In this document: positions 54,111 to 64,000 of the stretch, piece after piece
How the letters are laid out: each line of letters begins with the position of its first letter
How positions within the stretch are numbered: the first letter of the stretch is position 1
From: Trichinella spiralis
Lineage: Eukaryota
Reading direction: 5' to 3'
Assembly (NCBI RefSeq): GCF_000181795.1
Contig: NW_003526943.1
Span: 1,242,487 to 1,306,486, forward strand
Length of the DNA: 64,000 bases
The notes under the pieces: model-generated
Told to the model about the DNA's origin: nothing
Seen by the model: only the letters and a program-made list of their open reading frames with translations
Database searches by the model: none
Position numbers and translations under genes: made by a program

Positions 54111-56420
54111 ATGACCATTTCCTATACGAATGCTTGTTCGACGGTCAGTTTGGGCAATTTTTTGCGACTGCTCTTCCGGTGGAAGGGTAGCGTTTACAAA
54201 ATTATATACAAGCAGGCGTTGATTTTTGTGGTCGTTTATTATTCAATAAATTTACTCTACTGGCAAATGTTGAACAATGAGCAGAAAATTATGTTTGAAA
54301 AAGTGGCTTTCTACTTTTCCGAAGCGAATCTCAGCTTGCCGTTGACTTTTCTGATGGGATTTTTTGTCAGCCAAGTCGCCAACAGGTGGATTTCGAATTT
54401 CAAAGAAATTGTATGGATCGACAGGTATGAAATGCAAATTTTAATTCAATTTCTTTATCTAAAATATGCATTTCTTCTTCTCTACAACTGGTGTAACAGA
54501 TGAAATGAATAATATCGAACAGATTTGTTGTTTCATACTGTCTATTTATTTATTTATAGCTATTAACAAACAATTGATATATATCTTTTTTTCTTTCAAC
54601 AAATTTTCTTATTGATGGATAAGAAAATGTTTTCCATATAATTTCCACTTTCAATTGCAATAATTGACAATTATTAGCGTTTGTTCGACACTGGAAGACG
54701 TCGTTGCTTTGAAGTGTAAATATTTTCTCGTCACTCGTGGCGTACAAAATTGTTGACTCTGCTGCTTAAGCGAACGTTGAAAATTGAAAATTTCAATCTT
54801 ATTACTCCCAATGCCGAAACATAATGAAAATTGTGAATTTCATTTTTCAGCGATTGGAGAGAAAAAAAATACTTAATTTTCAATTCACATATCACACACA
54901 CACACACACACATACATACGTGCATACATTATGCGTATATTTGTGAAGAGTATTTGAAAAAGAAAATAGCATTAATGATAATTTCAGCTGCATGATACGC
55001 ATCGCGTCGTTTGTCGAAGGAAACGATGAACGCGGCCGGCTACTCAGGAGAACGTTGGCTCGTTATGTAAATTTATCCTGCATCATCGTCCTTCGAGACA
55101 TCAGCACGGCGGTGAAGAAACGCTTTCCAACTTTAGACCACTTGGTGAAAACAGGTAACAGTCCATTTCTAATGCTGACAAACCGGCTTTTGATCCATTC
55201 ACATACACACACACACACAATTGTCGAAGTAAATATTTCAAATTATTTATATTTATTCTCCATTGTTTAACATTTATTTTTCCCATTATTAAAATTCAAA
55301 TGTAGAATAAGTAGGAAGAAATTGTCAAATTTGCATATAAAATTCTATGAAAAACATTATATGAACAGGAATTATAACTGAAGAAGAATCACACGAATAT
55401 ATCATATCTTGCAAACAGCATCCGGATGTTTATCTGTTTTGGTTGCCAATTGAGTGGGCGATCAATTTGGTGGCAAAAGCGAGAAAAGAAAACCGCATTC
55501 TGTGCGACTTGAACATGTCAAGAATTATACGAGTAAAATTGCAAACAAAACAATTATAATAACCACCACATGGTGGTTGTTTCAATTTTTAATAATTTTG
55601 TAAAGCATCATTTCCAACAGGAACTTTTGAAAATTCGTGAATCGTTGACAAAATTAACATATTACAGTTGGATAAGCTTACCGTTGGTTTATACTCAGGT
55701 CAGGTGGAAGAAAAAAAAGATTTTTTTCAAAAAAAAATAAACAAGATATTCAATTGATAGGTGGTCACTATTGCGACGGAATCTTATTTTCTGACCAACG
55801 TCATCGCCCGACAATATACTCAAAATCAAAACAACACCAGCTTGGAAACTGTATTTCCGGCAACGTTGTTTTTGGAATTTCTTTTTTACGTTGGTTGGCT
55901 GAAAGTGGCCGAAGTGTTGATTGTACCGTACGGCGAAGATGACGACGATTTCGAGTTGGCAGTTCAAATCTTCTTTATTTTCTTTTATGCAACTTTTACA
56001 GTATACTTCATTACTTGATTATTCTTTTCTTTTTTTTCAAGAGTCAACTATATAATAAAGCGCAATTTGCAAGTGTCCTATTTGATGGTGGATGATTTCC
56101 ACGATCAAACCCCTTCTTTGACAAGAGACAAACACTGGACAGAGCAGATCACCACAATTCCAGATACTGTAGCGTCGATGGGCTTGAAACGCAATCCGTT
56201 TGTACCTTCCACGGCCGATTTGAAGTAACACTGTTCATTGAGTTTGAACTTTTTGAAATTTAAAATATTATTATTTTTTCCTTCTCCATTTTTCAGAGTG
56301 CCGGAACGTTTGCAATCGGTTGTTCAAAAACCAAGCACTTTTGTTTCTCCGGAACGTCTGCCGAGCTTTGCGAGCATAGTGAAAAAAATTAGCCGTACCA
56401 TATCAGGGACGGAAAATTGA
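54111..56420 (+). CDS. Bestrophin (Ca2+-activated chloride channel family), multi-exon
   Basis: MTISYT...[46 protein letters not shown] (RFP motif), [48 protein letters not shown]. Confidence 0.95.
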
Positions 56421-56994
56421 AAATCACAACATCTACCACACGTGAAGAATTCAAAAGAGCTTTAAAATAATTTTTATGTACATTCTTCTACTTTTTAAAA
56501 AAATTATATTACCTATTCATTAAACTCTATTTAATAACAGCTGTTGTGAAGAAGAAAATTATTTTACATTTTAGCAAACGACTGATTGGAAGCGACCGTT
56601 ATGAAATAATAATAATAATTTCCTTGATCAAAATATTTAATGTGGTATTGGTATTTTCTCTCTTATGCGGCTTCAATTTTTAAAACTCTCTCGAATGAAA
56701 TTCATGAGCAATATTATTTCATCTTCAATAAAATTTTGTACGACTTTAATCAGCGCACTGCTTATGTACGAATGAAGAACTGAGATAAAATCTCTCCATT
56801 CGAATATGCTCAGCCATAACTATCACTTGATATTATATATACAATTTCTTTTTTTTATTGGATCACTTTTGAATAGAATTTATTTTCAAGCACAACTGAA
56901 CAAATTGGAATAAATTTCTTTTGCTTTGCTTTCCATTTCAACTTTATCTATTTATTTTGATCAATTATGAAATTGATGATAGCAATAATAATTT

Positions 56995-58801
56995 TCAAAG
57001 ACGCAACCGCTTGCCGCCTGTTGTAACATCTGAAAAACAAAAAACCTCCGTCAAAGCTTATATTTTTTGTACACATTTTCAACTAGCACAAACTTTCGCA
57101 GTGTCGTTTCTTTCCAGTCAGTAGAGGCTGCTGCAACAATTGCGCAATTTCAACATTAGCGCATGGATAAGGCTTTTTCGAAAAGTAATCTGATTGAAGA
57201 GCCTTGAAAAATTCAATATTTTAAATCGAACGATTAAATATGCAAATTTCAAAGTCAATCATTCTGTTTCACTAACTTGTTCACTGTCGTAACGTTTCAA
57301 TGGATCGTACTTTAACAATGATGACAATAACATCAATAAATCGTTGTCTGCTGTGGTAAAAATTTGCTGCAGTGGAATGCCGGGACTTGGATTCATGCTG
57401 ACAAAATCCGGCAAATTTCTCATGTGCTGAAAATGAATTGAATAAAACAAAATTGAATAATATGAATAATAAATAACATGCCTCCCAATCTTCGTCGGTT
57501 GGAGTGCCAAGCACGTCTGCAATTTTTCGCAATTGATCCAAATCTGATTCACCGGGAAACAGAGGAGTCCGAAGAAGCATTTCGGCAAAAATGCAACCCA
57601 CTGCCCACATGTCCACACCTACCCCGTAATATTTTGCACCGAATAAAAGTTCTGGACAACGATACCACCTGGAATTGGAATAACGTTCGAAAACGCAACC
57701 CCATACCCCAATACCCCACCCTTCACCTTGTGACTACTTGACTTGTATAAATACGGTTCGGTGATCCAAAAGGCCTGGCTAATCCAAAATCGGCCAACTT
57801 GACAATACCTTCATCATTTACCAGTAAATTACTTGGTTTTAAATCCTAAAATATCAATCAAAGCATTATTATTTGTCAAATTCAATCGAAATCTGTCTTT
57901 CCAACCCGGTGTAATATCCAATTCGCATGCAAATATTGAACACCTTTCAAAGTTTGGATCATCACGTTCTTCACGTGATAGGGCAATAATAGAACATTCG
58001 TATCTTTAATGATGCGCTGTAATGAAATATATGTAATAGATATCTTTGGAAATGTAGACAAAAATTACTTCTAGATCAGTAGCCATGTAATCAAAAACTA
58101 ATGATATACTTGAATGATGACCAAAAATATCGAGCAGCTAAAATACTTCGACAAATGTATAATTTAAAATATGAAACTGATTCATCATTACGGGGACAAT
58201 ATTAGGATGTGAAAGTTCTGTCAAAAGTTTAATTTCTCGAAGCGCAGTTCTGTTGATACCATCTTTGGCTTCTCCCCTTGAACCAACTTTAATCTAAAAT
58301 GTGACAACATGAAAATATCGAATAAACGTTCATAATAATTATATAAAACCTTTTTAATAGCAACAATTTTGTTTTCGGCCAAATCTTTCGCTTTGTAAAC
58401 GTTGGCAAACTGCAAAATAACCAATCAGTGTAAGTAATTATTCAAAAAACGGTTAAATCTCAGACAAATAACTAAAACAAATACTTTTTGAGTATATTTA
58501 TAAAATCGTACTTAAAATTACAAAGTAAGCAATTTAAAATATTATAATTTCACTTTGACCAGCCAACATTATATACAACATATTTATGAAATTACATGAG
58601 CTAAAAGAAATATTTATTTTATGATAAAAATAAAATAATAAAGACCGCCTAAATATAAAACATCAATGATCTAATAACTGGTTGATGTTGCATAGAATTA
58701 ACTTTGAAAAATAACTCATAAAATTATACAGAAGCATTATTAACACATACTTGCCCTTCTCCAAGATGCTGAATTTTTTCATATCTCTTTTTCTTTTCCA
58801 T
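56995..58801 (-). CDS. cdk-7: Cyclin-dependent kinase 7, multi-exon
   Basis: [26 protein letters not shown]...[28 protein letters not shown] (the NRTALRE CDK7 signature), [45 protein letters not shown]; ends GGKRLRL*. Confidence 0.96.
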
Positions 58802-58995
58802 TAATAAAAACAAAGCAAAACTATCGCAAATAATATAAAACACACTTCTCAAAAAATAGCCTAAAACATAGCTAACATTGAAATCATTGCAATCATGAAA
58901 TGATTTATTTTAATAATTAGAACGGTTGTTCATTAATAAAATTTTATATTAAAAGATTAGATTCTCTCTCTAAAATTTATTATATATATGTATTA

Positions 58996-59596
58996 CAGTC
59001 GAACTTGGTTAAGTGCACAAAATTTTGCTCTAACATCATTCCCTGCAGTTAATTATACGGTAAAATAATTGATAAATGCATCATTTTGCTGACCTCCACG
59101 ACATTTATTATTCGCAATAGGCAGTCCTTAAGTGCACAGTAGGCGTGTTCCCGGCCGCTTTAGGTTTATCATCCATAGCAACTATTGATACTCAGCAAAG
59201 TTTATTGTTCTCAATATGACAATAAGCTTGCGTATCACAGACAACGTGAACTAGCCGAAAGTCAAAACAACTACTGCTTTCCCAGGAAGTAACTCAAAAG
59301 GAAGCTGACCCAGATCTGGTCATATTTTCACGAAAATAGCATAAATCAGACAAACCTAGACCGAACTGAAGATCAGATAGCAACGCTGGTACTAAAAAAT
59401 ATAATTCAAACCTACCTTTCTGACAATTTTATTTGGAATAAATGGACATTTTTTCACATCAAACCTATTTGTAAATGTGAAGTTATTTCCCCTTTCAATT
59501 ACTCTCCATAATTCCCAACTTTGGATAAGTGCGCAACTTGCATAAGTGTATGGAAATTTTTGCCAAATTCCATGCGCACTTAACCAAGTTCAATTG
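58996..59596. mobile_element. Non-autonomous pogo/Tigger-like DNA transposon (MITE), ~600 bp
   Basis: Imperfect TIRs: left TA|CAGTCGAACTTGGTTAAGTGCAC; the right end reverse-complements to CAATTGAACTTGGTTAAGTGCGC. Internal subterminal TAAGTG repeats occur near 59521-59550. The left TA is intact and the right flank reads CA. Confidence 0.75.
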
Positions 59597-61922
59597 CATT
59601 TGCAAGCATCATTAAAGTGAATAAATTACTGAGTTTACAGTATGTTGACTTGCAAGCATTATAGTACCATGAAATGAAAAAATTTTTTATTCTAGTTTGT
59701 TTACTAGTAAAAATCAATTTATTTCAAAATTTAAAACGTATTAAGTTTAATGTTGTTTTTTCCATATTTCCCTTCCCTTGTTGAATCATTTTTTACTCTG
59801 CAATATTCTTAAAATTTCAAATTTTGGTTTATATTAGTTGTAGTTAAAAATTAGTTCAAAATAATTTTTTCAGCAATAAGATGTTTGTAACATGCGTAAA
59901 TTTTAAAGTTATTATTGAAAAGACATTTTATATTATTAAATAACACATGTAATTAATAAAAGAAAATATGATAAAAATCTGATAAGAAGCTAAGCTCAGT
60001 TCGAAAATATCAGAAATCATAAACAAAACTGCAATAGTAATAATAATAGCAATATCTACAATAGTTTAGAAATATTATATATGACAGTTCAATTAATCTT
60101 TTCATTAAATTACACTTTTATCTATTCCATTGATATCTATCTGTCTGCTTCTGCTATTTACAATATTAGCTGAAGTAGTATTAGAGCTTATTAAGCTTAA
60201 ATAAAACGGTTGACAAAAGAAATACCTGCGTCATATATAATTAAATTGCAGTTCCAGGGCATGACTGTCAGACTTACTTTTGATTGGTAAAGCCTAGGAT
60301 TAACTGTTCATGCATTAGAAAACAAAGACAGACAAAGAACACATCTGCTCCATTTCTGTCTATAACCTTGACCGAAGGAATTTGCTAATTGTTATCAAGT
60401 AAAAAGAATAAAGCTTATTGCACTGTTCATAGTGAGTTGGACTCATTTATAAATTCGCCAACTGCAACGCCAATGGCTTATTAAAAATATGATTATTAAC
60501 AAGAAGATTTTCGTACTATAGCTAAAAGTATAGCGGCCTTTTCAGCAAAGGTCATTTATTGAAAATAATTAGCATTTATTAAAAATAATTGGCTTTGAAG
60601 AAAGTGTCTCTCCACAATAAAACTGAAGCATGCAATTCCAAAATAAGATAAAAATTTTGTTGTTTATTTTCGCGAATTATGCGAATTTTACAGGAAAGCA
60701 CATTTATCAAAAAAATTATACTGAAAGCTAATCAAGTTCATCACTTAATACTTATAGCCATTTGAGATAAATCTTGTAAACAAATTCCAGATTAATTCAG
60801 AAAAGTTCATAAATTTGCATAAATCTATTTTAAATATTTATTATGATTAAATGATAGCTATGCAAATATCTAACAATTCGAGCCCATTAAAAGATTAGAA
60901 TCGGTAGCTTTAAAGAAAATATTGGTATTTTTGTTAGTCAAAACATTCGTCGACCATTTTTCATTTTGCATGCATTATACTATTTTCTGGCATATATAAA
61001 ATAATAAAAAAACAATATTTGCACTAGAGTGAAGTAAATTCATCTGCATTGTTGATTATTGTTCTTCTTCAGATGAAGATTACATAACTTAAAGATGATA
61101 TGCAAAAAATACTATTTATATTATAAGTATTTATTATTAAAATTCTTATTTAAATTGAAATTTTATCTCAATCTTATAAAAACATAACACTTAATGTATT
61201 TTGGTATAAAAATAAAATAATATGCGCGCAGAATATTAATTGAAAATGCATCAATAAAAAATTATATGGAGAGGGCATGACCAATTCAGCGCAGATAATG
61301 GAAAATAATAATTACATCAGGGGCAAGCAAATTAGCAAATGAAATAAATCAGCCAATCAGAGAAATGGAAAGCATAGGATTACTTTGGAGTAAACAGTGT
61401 AATCATTCACTATTAGTTTTTTCAGTGCAAGTGGTGGCTATCTGCTTGTCATCTTTATACTAGAGTGGCCAGTCATTTTTACCATTTTTGTTAGCGTGTG
61501 TTGCGTTCATCGTTCTGCTCTCTGCTTATCTACTTGAGGTATGCAATACATTTAATAATAATACGTGTAGTTATTTAATTCTATAAATAATATTCAAACA
61601 TATATAATAATATAAACTGTACAAACAATTTTATAATATGATGCTGCATGATAATTTATAATAAAGTAATTTTGATTAAGTAAAGTAAATTTTATAACTA
61701 CGCTATTTTATTTCTGTAACTGATTTATAAACATTTTGTGATGTTCCTAATGAAACTGAACATTTGTGCAATTGAAGTGATTCATCATGAAGATAAATTT
61801 TTGCACAAAAATAAATAATTTTTAATTCGAAACAAAGAATTTATTCATAAAATTTTATTAGCACCATATTCAACAGCTTTAAAGCATATAAGTGTTATTT
61901 TATTTTATAGGACATAATTTCA

Positions 61923-62216
61923 ATGAGCATGGCAGACGTGTCACAGTATAGAAGCATACAACAATTAAACAGGGCTTTTCAAAGGAGAAGGACAAAGAGC
62001 GCTCCGGAAGATGTAATGAAAATTTTTGAGGAAAAGAAAAAAGAAATTGCAGAAATGGTTAAAGAGAGCCAAGTACGACGTTGCGAAAACAGTGAGAAGG
62101 TTGAAGTTCCGGAGAAGAAGGTGAAGCTCAGCGTCACATTCAATCCTAACCCTCAGAAGAGAACCATCAAATGTGATTCATCCAAATGGGATATTCTTTA
62201 TAACTGGCCGCACTAG
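61923..62216 (+). CDS. Small orphan protein, 97 aa, charged and probably helical
   Basis: Purine-rich coding-like ORF. It is preceded by acceptor ttttatAG (61910), a donor GAG|GTATG at 61538 ending a likely non-coding first exon, and a CCAAT box at ~61351; AATAAA follows at ~62321. No family recognised. Confidence 0.6.
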   Translation: MSMADVSQYRSIQQLNRAFQRRRTKSAPEDVMKIFEEKKKEIAEMVKESQVRRCENSEKVEVPEKKVKLSVTFNPNPQKRTIKCDSSKWDILYNWPH

Positions 62217-62868
62217 AGAAACTGGAAAACATTATTATTACTATTATTGAGAAAGTGTATGATTTGCTACATCAGAGAATTGTATATAAAAATAACTGAA
62301 TGATAATATTCTTCATCATAATAAATAAAGTTTTAACACGCAGAAAGTTTTGAGTAATTAATCAGTGCAAATGCACAAATAACGCGAAATTATATAAAAA
62401 TATAAAACATTTCATTCTGAGAAACTTTCAAATTAAAAACTCAAACTAGCTATCCAAGCGTCGAACAAAAGCCATTCTTTGGCATATAGCCTATATTAAT
62501 AATTACTTATATGTCATTTTCTGCATTGAATTCCATTTCCCATTCTGAATTCTCGCTTTTTTCACTTCAAGGCATGATTTCCCAGCTTCGAAGCTATGCA
62601 AATATTCAACAAATCTATTTCACAAATAACAAAATGATAACAAAATAGCCCGTTTAACCACTGCTTAATGTTAGATGCTTCTGCCATGCTAAGAACAAAA
62701 ATGTGAATTTGAAAAAGCACTGTTTCCAAAATGAATGCCATTTTAAAGTTAAAAAATAATAAATCTTTACACTTTATAAATTTGAATACCGTAGCACAAT
62801 ATCGTTCAATAATCAAATACACAAAATTGACTGATATGATGACAGAGCGGAGAATCAATTTCACTGCT

Positions 62869-64000
62869 TCACTTCTTTGCAAGAACAGCATTTATTGAAT
62901 CAATCTACAAATAAATCATTGAAGATTAATTCGCCAAAGATATAAAATTTACCTCGCTCCTCAAATTCGATTCCTTCACCTCATATTTTTCAATTTCAAC
63001 TGACAGTCGATCCTATAAAATCAGTTCACTTTATTCCATATTTGTGAAATATTTCAACAATTTCTATGTGCATACTCGTAAAATAGGATTTTTTAAAGTC
63101 GTAAGCTTTTGTTGACAATGTTTTCTTTCTTTTTCACACTCTATTAAACTGCTATGCAACTCAGCTAATCTTCGACGAATAGCACCTTCAATTAAGAAAC
63201 ATTTATAATTGTTTTTAGTTAAATTTCTTTACAAACAAAAAAATCACAACGAAATTGTTTACCTTCATCAACAGAACTACTACCATCTTTGGAGGATAAT
63301 TTCTCAACTGTTTCAGGGAAAGAAGTTGATCTGGATACAACGTTTTGTAAATCTTCGTCAAAACTTTCATCACTGCTAGTACTGAAATCTTCTCCGAAAA
63401 TTTTATCTACATCTGAAATCAATTACATACACCATTATCAATTATCAATGAAAAGAAAAATAGGCAAATCAATTGAGTCACTTACTTATTACTTCACTTT
63501 CGGAATTCGAACCATGCAAATCAGCAGTTTTCACAGCATTTGCACTGGTAGTGCTATTTCGAGATTGCGCTTCTTGATCGATTGATACAAGACAATATCT
63601 CAAAATTTACATATTTTGAAATAGTTATATTTTGATATATAAGCTTAAAATTTCATCATCACCCTAGGAAATTTCAAACTTCAAAAATCTTTCTGAATTA
63701 CCAATTATACAAATAAACTGTAATTAATGCAAATATAGAAGACCTACATTCGATGAAATAAAAGCGATAAATCTTTTGAATTAATGCACTACTGTAAACT
63801 AATATGCAATAGTTGTTGTACAATCTATCAAATTGAAACTAATTTTCCATATAATCTGTTCACTATTTAAACATTTTATTTTAAAATAGAAAAGCCATTC
63901 ACTTGACAGATGCACATTCGAGGTCCGACCGCAACAAAATTTTTAATTCTCTTTCAATTTCAGGAGCATCCATGTACTTAAAAGCAACTTTATTTACACA
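62869..64000 (-). CDS. TAF7: TFIID subunit 7, 3' part (gene continues beyond the window)
   Basis: KYMDAPEIEKRIKILLRSDLECASV (compare TAF7 KYIESPDVEKEVKRLL), acidic DKIFGEDFSTSSDE, and C-terminal coiled coil AIRRRLAELHSSLIECEKE...LKNPILR|DRLSVEIEKYEVKESNLRSE|IDSINAVLAKK*. Confidence 0.8.

Noticed and set aside
14393..64000. Functional cluster of transcription/RNA-processing genes (RPB8, RTCA, PQBP1, THOC6, CDK7, TAF7)
   Set aside because: Mixed strands, interspersed unrelated genes and an abundant gene class; chance is sufficient to explain it.

Overview
AT-rich eukaryotic genomic DNA with many short GT-AG introns and TTTCAG/TTTTAG acceptors; it is nematode-like and most resembles Trichinella (an inference from style, not verified). 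Protein genes in order: degraded Mutator/MULE transposase, Timeless (-), RPB8 (+), RNA 3'-phosphate cyclase (+), intronless DGAT2/MOGAT (-), then a ~18.5 kb protein-coding desert, then PQBP1 (+), cystine-knot pro-protein 1 (+), THOC6 (-), cystine-knot pro-protein 2 (+), DCAF8 (+), bestrophin (+), CDK7 (-), a 97-aa orphan gene (+) and the 3' part of TAF7 (-). RNA genes read directly from the sequence are a mir-34 hairpin (-), an intergenic U14 snoRNA (+) and tRNA-Ala(TGC) (-). A pogo/Tigger-like MITE lies upstream of CDK7. The two most interesting items are (1) a pair of paralogous, probably secreted and furin-processed cystine-knot ligands with nearly identical exon structure, and (2) the desert, which looks like a long spliced mir-34 host transcript with a possible recursive splice site, G-quadruplex motifs, a let-7 site and a structured miR-31-like element. 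Exon boundaries were deduced by eye and no searches were run.
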